From positions 512,001 to 576,000 of the forward strand of contig CBDBCZ010000013.1 in assembly GCA_965203295.1 (NCBI GenBank): 64,000 nt of DNA. The letters run 5' to 3'. A program made the translations under genes and the position numbers. The stretch comes from Nitrospirales bacterium. Its GTDB lineage: Bacteria > Nitrospirota > Nitrospiria > Nitrospirales > UBA8639. Positions within the stretch are counted from its first letter, which is position 1, and every line of letters begins with the position of its first letter. The notes beneath the pieces are model-generated. The model searched no databases. It was given only the letters and a program-made list of their open reading frames with translations, and was not told the origin of the DNA. This document shows positions 28,533 through 41,900 of the stretch, in pieces.

Positions 28533-31500
28533 TTAAGAAGCTTCCAACAGACCGAGAGGTTCACGAAGCTGAAGAACTGACATGGTATACCCAGTTGTAC
28601 CGGCTACTGTGGTACCATTATTAGCGGTTGCTGTGGTACCATTATTAGTGGGTGCTGCTGAATCTTTGTCACGAACACGACTGTCACATTGCGGCTCCCT
28701 GCGTTTCTCAAGAATGGACTTCAAGAATCTACTATTTTTGGCCTGCAGCCAGGCGTGGTAAAGAAGGATTCCAACAAACTGAAGTAGGGTAACACCAACT
28801 GAGTTGTACGCAAGGGCAAGCTGGTTTCCTCCAGCCAATCTGACATGATACGTACCAATTGCAAGAATGCCCAAATTTAAGATAAAAGAAGTTTCCAAAA
28901 TATCCAGATACCAGTTCTTGTAAAGCTGACCGATAAACCGACTCGTAACCATTAGCCCCATTGTTATTGAGGAGATGGCAAGAAGGTTCACGCTAGGATC
29001 ATCAAAAATATTTACAGCAAAGATGAGAAACAAAACACACCTGATTAAAAGCAACAACCCAGGCCAAGCGCGGTATTTGGTTTCAAAAGGTGCGTGATAA
29101 GCCTCCAGGAAAGGTATTATCCTACGACTTCTCTTTGATCGGAAGGTCAGCTGCCCAAACAGAAGCAGTAAGGTATATGGTAGAAATAGCAGCAAAAGAA
29201 CTAACAGAGAGACTACAAAGAGCGCTGCATGTTTGCCCTGAAGGTACGGAACGTTTCCATCGTAAAGCCAGACAACAGGATTTGGACCATCGGGGTAATC
29301 CAGGAAGGTAAACGACAGGGCAGAAATGACTGTACTAAGAATCTTGGTGTACGACATTAGGAAGAGAGTTGATAGCACTGCAACAGGGTTGTTACCGATT
29401 AGCCTTGATGCAAATGACGAATAATGACTGAGAACTATCAAGATGCCTATCAGAGTCCACACATAGAGAGGGAAGGCAAACTGCAGCCATGTCTTAACAT
29501 AAGCATCCATTCCATCAAAGAAACAGGTCTCGATGCCGAGATCTAGGTTCAGCCATGCTATGAAGATGAATGAAATGTTGCTTTTCCCAAGGGGAAAAAA
29601 GATGGATTTATTTAATGCAACTATGTTAGCATAAAAGATGAGCCCGTTGATGGTACCAACTGCGACAGTTAACTTGAAGAATAATAGAAAGCATACCAAA
29701 GCGATGCCAGCAATAACAAATGCGACTAGCAGTGCAAGGTACTTATTTGAACACGGCAAGCAGTGATTACTACCCAGGGCAAGACTGAGAGTTGGTTTGC
29801 AAGCTCCACACAGAGTTCCTGAACGTCCGAACACACACTGTTGATCAGGGGTGGTTGGATCTACGTAAAAAGCGGCATCATCACTTCTGCAGTAGTCCAA
29901 AGGACAGTGTGGATGAATTATCAAGCTTTCACTGCTGATGTTTTCCTCCATTACAGCACTTATCCAGAAATCTCCAGATCGTTCGATTGTTCCATCCTGT
30001 ACATTGCAAGTATTGGTATACCGCTGAAGTTTTCTTAGACAAATACATTCCGAGAAGGACAGCTCGAATCCTACTGGACATGGTAAAAAAGACACTGGAA
30101 GTGAGTATTGTGTTGTTCCTTCACCACTGCAAGGACCCTCTGCAAACAGAGCGACTTCTCCAAAATCATCTGGCGAGTTTATTGTGAAATGCAGATCAGT
30201 ACACGCTCCTCCTATGCGCTGGATCAGTTCATTTTCTCTCAAAAACAAGTTCACACTGGATGTGTTTTGAATCGGTACTACTGTTCGGATGTCTGCTGGA
30301 ACGGGTACACCAGTTTGGTCGATTGCAACTACTGGAAGTGTCAGCGTCTGCCCACGCACGGTACGCTGGAGAGGGAACGCCACGTTGCATTTTGGCTGGC
30401 CATCTTCACACAAGCAGATGTCAAATGGATCGGATGAAATATTAATGGGGGCTGAAAAATTTTGAGAGACAAACGTAGAAATCAATTCAAATCTTTCCAA
30501 GGCGTTTAGGCCCTCAAACTGCAAGGGCTCTTCAGCATCAAGGTTGCATTTATCCAGTTGTCCCCCATACAATACATTTCCTCTGTCCTTAGCTACATTG
30601 GACTCAAAAACAAGATGAGGGTCGGCAAAAGTTTCAACCACTTGGTAAAAACACCGGCTTCGGAATAAAGTCGTCAAATTAGTATCGCAATCTGCAGGAT
30701 TTGTAAAATCTTCAACGAAGATAGCTGCACCACGGTCAGCAGTACTATACTGAAAAGACAACAATGATCCATTAAAAAAGTATATCCTTGACTCGTATCC
30801 CAGAAAAATTCCACCACCCTCTGGAGCTGAATTATTTCTGTATAAAGTGGTAGAGCTTGTGTTCAGTGTTAAGCTGCTGTTTAGTAGGAAGCTTGCACCG
30901 CCCCTTTTCAACGCTGAGTTATTAACAAACTGAACATTTCCATTGATGGTAAGACTGGAGCTTACTGCATAGAGAGCTCCACCTTCGAGTCGTGCTGTAT
31001 TGTTAATGAAACTACAGTTGCCTTCGATATGTACATCAGCACGGATTACATATATCACGCTACCTTGTAATCCTGTATTATTGGTGAAAGTGTTGTGCCC
31101 ACTAATGCTTAACGTGCCAACGGTCAATTGCACACAGCTTGATTGTATCATTGCAACGTTGTTCGAAAAAGTGTTTCTTCCATCTAAGACTACTGTGCTG
31201 AGTGCAGCATTAATACCAGAACCTGTCAGCGCTGAATTCTGCATAAACACGCTTCTTGCTAAGACTATGGTACTATAGTATGTTGCATGGATTGCACCAC
31301 CAGTTGTTCCTGCTGTGTTGCCTTGAAATTGAATTGGTCCTATTGAAATGACTCTACTGTTGATCAAATTCATGGCACCACCAACAGACGTATTTGGATG
31401 CATCGCATGATTATATTTGAAGCTGTTTGATCCGCTAAAGGAATAATATATCGTGCTACTTAGTGCAGTAATAGCACCTCCAGCAATGGCTACATTGCCT

Positions 31501-32354
31501 ATAAAAAGCATGTTTCCATAACTACTCAATGTACTTTGGTTGAGATATACTGCACCTCCAGAAAGTGCCGTATTTCCTTGAAACACACACACACCAGTCA
31601 TGATCAACGAGCTACTAGTGGCATGTATTGCACCACCATATACTGCAGTGTTGTTGGAAAACATTATCGTTCCTCTAATGTTAACATTGCTCTCAAGAAA
31701 CGCAATGGCTCCAAAAGGATCAACACTGGTAAACCAATTGTCACTAAAGTAGCTGTTTCCTTCAAAGGTAATTGTGCTACTCCTAATATATCCTCCCCCT
31801 TGATTACCTATGAAGGTGCTATTTGCAATGGTGATACTGCTCTGGAAAACGAAGATCCCATGTTCAAGACTGTCTTCCAAAGAAACCGTTTTGAGCACAA
31901 AGTGTTTGACAAATAGTACAATGAGTGCAAAACTATAATTATAGATTCCACATGAGTGAAAACTGAGAGAGTTTATTTCAGCCAGGTGAATGCTATTGAA
32001 TTCAATATCCCCTTGCTCGTTGCAGGTGACTCTACTAGAATTGGCCGGAAAAAGAGCTGAGTAACCATGAAGTACTAGCTTCGTGAAATTTTTAAAGGCG
32101 ACATGACGATCAAGGATATGATTGCCTGGTAGAAACACTAGACGTGTATCAGAGGGGAAGTAGGCAGTGTCGTTCTGTACGTATTCCACGAGAGTAAAGC
32201 AGGGCTCTCCAGGGCAGGGAATATCAGACGAGGTTGTGATGTAATAAACACTCTCAGCAGAGCATGGAAGGGGGTATCTTGTAGCCAGAAGTATCAATAA
32301 CATACTAGCAACAACTTGCAACTGTGTGAAAGCTGTCATTGCTTGAGATGCCAT
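28533..32354 (-). CDS. 1273-aa cell-surface protein: signal peptide, Pmp-type (GGA[I/L/V]/FxxN) right-handed beta-helix repeats, Cys-rich region, ~9 TM segments
   Basis: Uninterrupted 3.8 kb ORF with a hydrophobic N-terminus and many FxxNxAxxGGAI repeats. Cys-rich CPVGF...CPLDYC...RSGTLCGAC segment, then hydrophobic helices with WLNLDLGIETCFFDGMDAY. A strong acceptor at 32399-32400 suggests a 5'UTR intron. Confidence 0.92.
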   Translation of the reverse strand: MASQAMTAFTQLQVVASMLLILLATRYPLPCSAESVYYITTSSDIPCPGEPCFTLVEYVQNDTAYFPSDTRLVFLPGNHILDRHVAFKNFTKLVLHGYSALFPANSSRVTCNEQGDIEFNSIHLAEINSLSFHSCGIYNYSFALIVLFVKHFVLKTVSLEDSLEHGIFVFQSSITIANSTFIGNQGGGYIRSSTITFEGNSYFSDNWFTSVDPFGAIAFLESNVNIRGTIMFSNNTAVYGGAIHATSSSLIMTGVCVFQGNTALSGGAVYLNQSTLSSYGNMLFIGNVAIAGGAITALSSTIYYSFSGSNSFKYNHAMHPNTSVGGAMNLINSRVISIGPIQFQGNTAGTTGGAIHATYYSTIVLARSVFMQNSALTGSGINAALSTVVLDGRNTFSNNVAMIQSSCVQLTVGTLSISGHNTFTNNTGLQGSVIYVIRADVHIEGNCSFINNTARLEGGALYAVSSSLTINGNVQFVNNSALKRGGASFLLNSSLTLNTSSTTLYRNNSAPEGGGIFLGYESRIYFFNGSLLSFQYSTADRGAAIFVEDFTNPADCDTNLTTLFRSRCFYQVVETFADPHLVFESNVAKDRGNVLYGGQLDKCNLDAEEPLQFEGLNALERFELISTFVSQNFSAPINISSDPFDICLCEDGQPKCNVAFPLQRTVRGQTLTLPVVAIDQTGVPVPADIRTVVPIQNTSSVNLFLRENELIQRIGGACTDLHFTINSPDDFGEVALFAEGPCSGEGTTQYSLPVSFLPCPVGFELSFSECICLRKLQRYTNTCNVQDGTIERSGDFWISAVMEENISSESLIIHPHCPLDYCRSDDAAFYVDPTTPDQQCVFGRSGTLCGACKPTLSLALGSNHCLPCSNKYLALLVAFVIAGIALVCFLLFFKLTVAVGTINGLIFYANIVALNKSIFFPLGKSNISFIFIAWLNLDLGIETCFFDGMDAYVKTWLQFAFPLYVWTLIGILIVLSHYSSFASRLIGNNPVAVLSTLFLMSYTKILSTVISALSFTFLDYPDGPNPVVWLYDGNVPYLQGKHAALFVVSLLVLLLLFLPYTLLLLFGQLTFRSKRSRRIIPFLEAYHAPFETKYRAWPGLLLLIRCVLFLIFAVNIFDDPSVNLLAISSITMGLMVTSRFIGQLYKNWYLDILETSFILNLGILAIGTYHVRLAGGNQLALAYNSVGVTLLQFVGILLYHAWLQAKNSRFLKSILEKRREPQCDSRVRDKDSAAPTNNGTTATANNGTTVAGTTGYTMSVLQLREPLGLLEAS

Positions 32355-33801
32355 CCTGCATGTACTTATTAAAGTCTTGACCAGCAGTACATTTCAGCCT
32401 GAAAGGGGAAGAGAAAGTTTGGGTATTGTAATGTGAAAGCATAAGTAATACCAAATGGCAGCTTACATTAATCGTGAAAGTGTTTTTTAGTGGTTTTCAT
32501 GGCTTGAAATACCATCACATTGCAACATGCAGTCATAATTTACTGGTTTATATGATTGTTTTATGGTTGTGATAACAACACTGTAGATACAGTTTAGCTA
32601 GGTGTGTCAACAGTATTTGGCAAAATAAAAGTAATATTGTAACAGTCCTGATTGATATAGTTGTCATAGGGTCATGATAACAAAATTGTAGCTACTGTAA
32701 CAGTGTAACTAGGAACAGTATTTGGTAAAACGAAAATATGTCTTGGAATGATACCATACACAGCCAAATCCCAAAATTCTATCAAAGATACCCTCCACCA
32801 TGAACCCACAAAAGAACATCAGGAGCGCAATGTCACACATGAAGCAGTGGGATTGGGAAACATCTTCGAAATGCTATAGTGAAAGCAATCCAATACAGTT
32901 CCAAACTGTCACTTCTGCTACTGGAATAACTTGCCCAAATCCGTTTGGCTAGCCGCAAGTCTGGTAGCTTAGGCTATTGGGATAATTATATCCAATGTTG
33001 TCAATTGTACTAGCTGCTGGAGGCCAGGGTGGTACTGGTGCAAGTAGAAGCCTGTATGTAATGTCCCCAGAAGTCCTGCATGCATGGGTTAACTTGAAAG
33101 CCTGTATCTTGATTACAGTTACTGTTTCGTGCCAAACTTGCACCAAGTTCTGTACCAAGCCGATTCTGATGTGACAAAATCTTGGTGTATTTTGTATGAA
33201 CATCTCTTCTTTGCTTTTGTATAGTCACTGTTGTACATGCAGAAGTATAGGTACAATGATGCATATAAAATCAGTGTGCTCTGCACTCTTTTTACAGCAC
33301 AACTCTTATTATCAGTGTGCTATATCTATGACCACTTGAAAAAAAAACAACAAAAAACAAGTTACCGGTATGTGTATTACACACTTATCTGCAATGATAA
33401 TGTGGCCTGCACTCAAAAATGTGCTACAGCCACCTTCTTTCTCTAAGAGTGTGAAGACCCCATGCATGGTAGTGTTTATTTCTTAAGGATGAGTCATAAA
33501 CCGCTATATAGTCACGACTGCAGCGACAGAGCAACACTAATTGACCAGCTCTTTATAGTGGTTAGCCCACTGATGTCAACTAGCTATATATGTGATTTTC
33601 AGTCATGCACTAATATTAGTCCCTTGGCTGTTCTCCTGTATAGTATATATACCACACATGTACTCAATCTGTTAGACTAATAATTATTTTGGACCACCAG
33701 TAAAGGACAAGAGCCAGCCGACTGCAATAACGTTAGGATTGTTTTAACCAAGCTTTTTGCCATTTAAGAGTTGGCTTTGTATATATATATTCAAGCTTGA
33801 C

Positions 33802-33957
33802 GACATAGAAACACAGCCAGAAAGCTAGCTTGACATAGAAACACAGCCAGAAAGCTAGCTTGACATAGAAACACAGCCAGAAAGCTAGCTTGACATAGAA
33901 ACACAGCCAGAAAGCTAGCTTGACATAGAAACACAGCCAGAAAGCTAGCTTGACATA
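33802..33957. repeat. 30-bp tandem repeat x5
   Basis: GACATAGAAACACAGCCAGAAAGCTAGCTT repeated. Confidence 0.95.
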
Positions 33958-35379
33958 ATACATAGGAAGCCAATCATAGGAAACAGAGCTACTAACATGT
34001 AGTTTCCCCATGTAGCATAGGCACTTGTCATGCAGTATTCCAGTAATTATCACCATGACAAATCTGTCATGTTAGCATTTTTAGTTTCATCTTAGTTGTA
34101 CCATGGCAGCCATACCTATCAAAGGGACCACCTGTACTGTATAGCTTATCACACTGCCAGACAGATTAATGCCTCAGATTAGAAACCTTTGCTGTGTCAG
34201 TGGTTAGGTTTCGAATTCCCCTCAGCCAAAAAGTGCTTCCAACATCTGCTTACCCTAAAAACCCAGCACTCGGGCGGATTTTTTTTTGCACAAGTGCGGG
34301 AAGGCCTGGGTTTGAGGCTACCCCATGCTATCCCATGCTATAGCTTAATGCTACCCCATGCTATAGCTTACTATCAGACCTTCACCAACTTCCTTCCTCC
34401 CAACCTGAGCCTCAAGTTTCAGTACGCACATGTGTACATACTAAAAAGTGTGCTATTTGTGCATACACAAATGTGTAGCAAAAAAAAACAAAATTTATGT
34501 GTCCATTTTACACGAGCACACTTTAGTGAGCCAATTCAGGGGACAAAAACGTGTAAAATAAACATACTGAAAAGTGTGCATACACAAATGTGTAGCAAAA
34601 CACAATATAAATGTGTTCTAGCAATTCGTTTCAGGGACCCTAGTGTGTTATTTCAGTGTATTACGAGTGTGTCATTCTTGCACACAGGAATTAAGAGTGT
34701 ATAACAGCACCCTTAACATTACAAGCTACTCCACACAATGACCTGGCCGCTGACCCATAATGATGGTATCATGTTTGTCTCATAGGTCATCTTTATACTA
34801 ATCTGTACAGATTTATTGTTTTTGTAGGATATAGCTATAGTTATGAAGACTCATGGGCCGAATTTGGCCTGCTGCCCTCGGGGTGGGTCTATCATGTAAC
34901 TATTTATCCTACTACTAGTTTTGCATGACAGCCTCTTTGAGTGTTGACTACACACTGAATGCTATTTTCAGTTGTTACTTTGTTTTATGGGAAACCTTTT
35001 GTTTGTGCCATTTTGGGTTCGGAAACAGAGCTCAGACATTAAAGATTTCAATCATAAGTCTCTGTGCATTTTTGCTTTATTTGATAACCCAGTTTTCTTT
35101 TTGCACCACTGATGATGTGATACTGGACAACTGAGCAACCTGTACTCATACATAAGATGACGTAGCAGTGATAACTCACTCGTAACTCAGTCCTGCGAAT
35201 TGAAACGCAGCGGAAGCTCTCACGGATTTCTTGTTCGGTAGTCGACTATCAGTATGTGGTCGGTCTTGCTGTACTGTATGAATGAAAGTCGAGCTGAAGG
35301 AGTAACACGGCGGTTAAAGGCGCACTATTTTCCATGTGAGGATGAATGAACTGCAGTGCAGTTTATATTTAATATATAC

Positions 35380-35692
35380 CTGCAGCTTCATCGAAACTCG
35401 CGCCAGGCGCCACGCACCATGCGAGACAGGAAGTGGTCGGCCGGTCACGGCGCCGGCGCGCGCACACGTACGTCTGCGTCTTACAACGACGTAATCTGTT
35501 TACTTATTTTTTTGGTTAGTAAAGGGTTAATTTCCTAGTTGCGTAACTCCTGTGCGTTTCGGCGGGTTGTGCAATTCTCATTCAGAGCTATCTAAAAATA
35601 GCTCTGTGCCTGGACATTTAAAGTGTAGGTTTGTGTAGCGGCAAGAAGAATATTCGGAACACCGGCACCTGTACGAGTTGAATTTAACTGAG
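35380..35692. promoter_or_regulatory. Probable CpG-rich bidirectional promoter for the beta-helix TM gene and RIOK3
   Basis: CpG-dense segment (CGCGCCAGGCGC, CAGGAAGTG, GCGCGCGCA). It is bounded by a minus-strand donor (CAG/GTATAT at 35379) and a plus-strand donor (GAG/GTAAGC at 35693), consistent with two non-coding first exons. Confidence 0.5.
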
Positions 35693-35893
35693 GTAAGCGG
35701 CGCATGAGATGTCCCTGTGGAAACTCCCCCCGAGTATGTGTGTTGGACTCATTTCTTCCTACACTGGTCTCTGTTGACACATGTGAAACAGCTGGAATAG
35801 TCAGCGTTTAAGTACACTCTAAGACTTGTCTTGTCTACCACACACACACACACACACACTCACTCACGCACACACACGCACACACACACACAT

Positions 35894-35930
<37 letters not shown>

Positions 35931-35933
35931 GTC

Positions 35934-38900
35934 ATGGAGTTTGGCGTCCAGACCGTACCCCCTCCCTCAGACGCAGTCCCCAAGCGCAAGAACCCCTGGG
36001 GCCCTCCCCCCACGGCGGCCCTGCCCTGCTCCCTGGCCGCAGTGATGGACGAGGAACTGGCTAAGAAGATGCAGAGCGAGGAAGAGCAGCGTGCATACAG
36101 GTGAGGCCACTCCAGATTAACGTTTGGTTTCTGGTCCTCCACCTGCTTCCTATAAACCCTTAATTTGTCACTATTTGTTATGGGGGGGAAAGAGGCACTA
36201 AATGGAGAAAACACATGAAAAACATCCATGTTTTAGTATAATTTTTCCATTTAGTGCCTACTTTTACCTCCCATTACATCATATAATGTTGTTTTTGTAC
36301 CTGTAGCCTCCTTTATTTTAGTATTCTGTACTGTAATCGCACGCAACGTTGAACGTAATCATTTTTAACGGCATAAAATGTGTATTATGTAGAGAAAGCT
36401 GGCGAACATATATACCTTTGTGAACTTCAGTATACTACTGCAATACTCACACAGTGTACTAGCACTTAATCTGCAAACTCTGGTACATGTATAATACCAA
36501 ATGCACTGCAATAACTTGTGCAGAGAAAGCTGGCGAACATACACCTTTGTGAGCACAGTGTACTAGCACTTAATCTGCAAACTCTGGTATAATACCAAAT
36601 GCACTGCAATAACTTGTGCACAAAGCCCGGCCCATGGACACATGCAGTTGTGATCTCCCCCGGCCGTCTTGGTGAGAGCACTTAAGCAGAAAACTCTCCA
36701 TGCTGATCGATGCTGTCAACATATCATTCATGTATCTGAGCTGATGTTGCCCTGCTTGAGAACCAGTAGACAGATGCAGTAGGGGGTGGTAGCTACATGT
36801 AGATGATGCTCAATCTATTCACTTGCTTGCAATTGGTGTGTCTAAAATGGGCATATGAATTCACCATGCACAGTACATTCTGAATCAAGACATGCAGGCC
36901 CTCACTGTGAATACATGTATATACTCAAACAAGCAGAGACTGTTTACAGACATCAAATACCCCCCCCCCCCCCCCCCCCCCCCACCCCCTCCCTGTCCCC
37001 AGATACCAACTCCCCGGACACCCGACCCCGCCCCCTCCCACCTCTGCAGACGACCCTACCACCACCAGTGACCTGCTGCTGGCCCAGATGATGCAACTGG
37101 AGTTCGACCGTGAGCACGACCTCCTGCTGCGAGCGGAGGAGAGGCAGTTCAACAGGGACAGCAAGGGTGAGCCCCCCGGCTGTCCAAATTGCTGAGTCTG
37201 TGTGATACTATTCTAGCTACATGTAGCCAGGGTTCTCTCTATGTTGCTAGCTTTATAGGGGCACTGTACCCCCCTATTGTGATAAAGTACCCCTACCTCT
37301 ATAGGGCCTAAATGCACCTACATGTATGTATACTCTACCCCCTTATTTTCAGAGATTATAAATGCTAGGTTAGGTGATGAGATGAGATACAACGACAATA
37401 TAGTAACAGTAGTATCACAGATTCAGCAGTACACAGTTTTTAACTTAATAATATGTCATAGTGATGTAATTAGTGCAAGTTCCCCCTTATTGCATAATTC
37501 TGGTGAGAACACTTCATGTAGTTATGCCCATCTATTACCCACCTAGGGTAAAAGTTGTAGTGATCCCTAGGTAGGAGAAAGCTTGGATATACATGTAGCT
37601 ACATGTAGCTAGACTGTCCTTGCCATATCTTCTTAACACAGTGGTTACAAGTGACTAGGGATAAGGGAGTACCCCGTGCACATTGCTAGAGTTGTCTGAT
37701 AGGGCTTTATCTTGCCGGCATATGATTTCCATACAAAATAGTCATTCTGTGTAACCCTTCTGCTCTGGCCGGGTCGCAGTTAAAGTGTACGTCCTATTTA
37801 GAGGGGTGTCCTCATTTCACGGGCTATATTTACAGAGGTTTGCAAGTTGTTTGTTTGCAGGAGAAGGCATATAGGCAGTGCCTCTCAAGTACTTAATTAG
37901 GTTAGGCTGTTGCACTGGACAACCAACCTGCAAACCTCTGTATACACGTAAGACAGTGCATTCGGGACTTTACAAAGTGTCCTTGATATAGAGGTGTCCT
38001 CCCTCGTCCTGAATAGAGTGGCTCCAGTGATACATTAGGCTGTGAATGCCATATTCATATGCTTGACCATTACTCCTTCATTAAGTTTCATCAAACAGTG
38101 AGACCCCTGTATCCTGGTCCCTGGAATGGAGGATAGCTCCTTTGCAATTCAGGGGTTTGCATAATTATTATTATACAATTTAGGGGTTATAGACATGTAC
38201 ATAGACTAGACTGTGAATACCACGGTGATCACTCCCTCTATTATCAAGTGATAGTCTAGCTAGAGTGTACTTAAGTTTCTTTTTTCCTGTGTCTTGTATT
38301 GATGTGCCCTTGAGGAAGTTTACAGTACGACAACCGAAACATTGGCAGTTTGATGAATTCTTTGAAATATCTGTTGCGAGGATATGTATATCTCAAGATG
38401 ACTACTAGCCAACCGAGAATCCCCCTTTAACACTCTATTATCAAGTTTCAATGACTGTGGAACTGCTATATTCTGGACACCGTTGGGACTAAGTAAAGTG
38501 TCCTGTTTAGAGGAGTGTCAGGGTAATAAACACACAGTTGGGACTTTGAGGACACCTCTACATTAAGGATGTGTTGTAAAGTCCCAGGCTTTATTTTAGT
38601 ATAAATTAACCCTGACATCCTTCTTAACAGGACACTTTAGTCCCAATGGTGTCCGGAATATAGGCCACTGAAACTTGACTATGTAAAGTGTCCAGTTTAG
38701 AGACTCATTTCAGGGATTTTTTTATACTAATAAAGCCTAATTATATATATACACGTTTGGGACTTAATTTACAAAGCATATCATCCTTACTGTAGAGGTG
38801 TCCTCAATTCAGGGGTTTGCATATAATACACTAGACTGTGAATGCCATTGAATCTTGAGTGATAGCCATAGCATTCACAGTTTGGTCTGTATATACATTC

Positions 38901-41900
38901 AAACCACTGAACTGAGGATTAAGGTGAAGTCCCAGACATATTAGGCTTTATTTGAGCCCCTGAAATGAGGACACTCCTCTAAACGTAAACTGGACACTTT
39001 ACTTTGTCCTGAAGATAGAGTGATTCCACTGTTAACTCAATGGTATAGCTAGCAAATGTAGTTGATTGCTGTCTTCTCCCCCCTCCCCAGTGCGAGTGTC
39101 GTTTGAGAACTTCCGCTCCCTGCCCCCCTCCCAGCTGCAGGACGAGGGAGAGGGGGACAGCCAGGAGGAGGGGGAGGGGGAGGGGGAGGTGTCAGGTACG
39201 TCAGATACACAGTGCTATATATACAGTAGCTGTAGTGAGGGGTGAATTTCCAACACAGTAGCTGTGGTCACGTGATAATCAAGTATTGTTGCATGGTGTG
39301 TGCCACTGGGTGGATCAAGGAGAGTGGAAGGCCTTGCATGAGTTACATGTATGAGCTTTTGTATATAGAATGCCCTTTCCACATAATTCGTACATTTACA
39401 GTGGAACCCCTCTTAATTAAAGGACACCCTGCACTTCTGTAAGGACACTTTGCATGCTATATGTTCCAGGCCCCCAAGGTGTCGACATTAGAGGGGTTCC
39501 AATGTACATGTAATAGCACTATACTGTTTCCGTGAAAGTGTGCATGTGCATTATTGCACTCATGAAAGTGAAATGTGGCCGAATATTGCACTCATATACG
39601 TGTTGGCAAGTACTTTGCCCACTCCAGCAATATCCATCCATTCAAGTACATGTACATGTATTTTACAAATATTATTGTTATTGACCCCGTCCATCCTACA
39701 TGTACATGTGTTCGTACATATAACTCTCCCCATTGTTCTCCTCGTACAGTGCCAGGACCCTCCTTCTCCCGGGGTCGTCGGAGGTCAAAGGGTGTTCCTT
39801 TCGGAGCGACCACCAAGCACGATCCCATCTTGTGTGGGAGGAAGAATGTCAGGAACATGGAGAAAGTACGTCTACCTATACATGTAGTAGCTACATGTAC
39901 CTAGACTATGCATGCACATGTACATGTAGTAAGGATATGAATGTGTAATATTGGGCCTTCACTTGCGGGGCACTCTCTCCCCCCCTTTTGAAAACTTGTC
40001 TCCCCCTTAATTTGAGAATTCTGTCCTGGTGCCAGTACATGTACATGTATCGTGAAACAACTGCTTCACCTCCCCTCCTATGGACAATGTTCAGGGGTTG
40101 AATTGTCAAGGGGTGGGGGGCAAAATGGTGTGTTCATGACTTTGGGTGGGGAGGGGGGGGGGGTGTACAATTAAAGTGTGCTTTGGAATTAGGCAACCTA
40201 AATTGACTAGGCGGCGCTTTCAGTTGCGTACTTTCTGTACTGTGCTTCCTGTCTTTTGTGTATGTAATTATGTAGCTGTACTTCCTTACTGTACTTCCTG
40301 TCATATGTAATTATGTCCCTGTATACTTCCTGTATTGTGCTTCCTGTATTCCTGTACATATGCCTAACATTAAAAATATGTCTTCACCTTTTAGGTTTTG
40401 ATGCATGAGGGAATATTGCCTGTGGAAATATTGCTGGGAAAAGTATTGACATAGAAGGTCCACAAAAGACTAGAGTGTGTAATTATGGCAAAATAATGTA
40501 CATGGAATACAGTATAGAGTTTCACCATGGCCACGAGAACTATATACTAGGTATACGCATGTTACTGAGACTGCTGTTGGGTATGCTACCAAGCAGGTCC
40601 ATCTGTCTCATAACTTCAGCCGTTCCCTCCCCTCCCCTCCCCTCCCCTCCCCTCCCCTCCCCTCCCCTCCCCTCCCCTCCCCTCCCCTCCCCTCCTCCAG
40701 TTTCCGGTGGAGTTTGCCAGTGGTGACCTGGGTGATGAGCAGCAGGACTACCGGCTACCGAACAGCGTCTTTAACACCCTCAGGCAACATTCCTACAAGG
40801 AACAGAAACAGGTGGGATTTGTTGGGAGGGGAGGGGAGGGGAGGGGAGGGGAGGGGAGGGGATATTACCAGTCATACTGCTGTAAGCTACAAAGGCAACA
40901 AACAATTCAGATCAAAAATCGACTTATTACATGTATTCTATTTGCTGCATTACTCCAAAAATCTTCCTATTGTGCTCAACAATATTTTAATGCCTGTATT
41001 TACTGTTTTTGTATGGCTTCAAGCAATTAGACTTAAAAAGAAGGGTGTTATAATTAGTTACTAATAAGGGTTACTAAAACACTTCAGTATTAGATAGCCA
41101 TAACTAATGAGGCTGTACTTGATTTTGGCGAAAAAAATTTTTTTTTACTCCTACTGTTTTTAGTTTCAGTTCCATGTAACTGAAACAAAAGTGCTACAAC
41201 ACTACATTAAATGTAACCCTCAACCAGAACTAGCTGTTTTACAACTTTAAGCACAGCTTGCATGGGTGTTGCGTATTTTAGCAATTTCCTGTACAATCGC
41301 CGACACGATATTGGACCACACCCCTACAAGGTCTGACGGTAAGACATCGGTAGCTAGCTTGCTCGAGGCCAAAGCTATTTGTTGCCGAAGCGTTGAACGC
41401 TCGGGCCTGAGAATGTCGCTCTGATCTAATACACCTGGTACACGAAAAGATTGTGTTTGTTTGTGTCGGTGTTGTCGAACTGCAAAAAAGCACACATCCG
41501 GTTAAGGGTTGTATGCATATGGAGGTGACCTAAAAGCATCTGTATTGCTGTTGTTTGCATCGTAAAGCTGCACTGTAGGACAATAGGGGCTTTCCAAAAC
41601 CACGCCCCCTCCTTTAACTTTTCTACCAGTATTGTGATCTACTTGCCTTCGTTAGTACTCTATGACTGCTGGCTAACTTCCAAATTTCAGTTGTATATAT
41701 TGTTTCATTTTACCAGATTTGCACGCTTAAAGTTTACAAATTCCCTATACATTTAAATAGAGAGTGAGGCCAGATTGGGTCCTACATGTAGCTATGTATT
41801 GGTTGAAATCGGGAGTGTGTATGTCTCAGAAACTAAACTGCTAGCCAGCTCATACATGTATGTGCACCTTAGTCTCTCCCTAATGACTATTAAGTCATAT

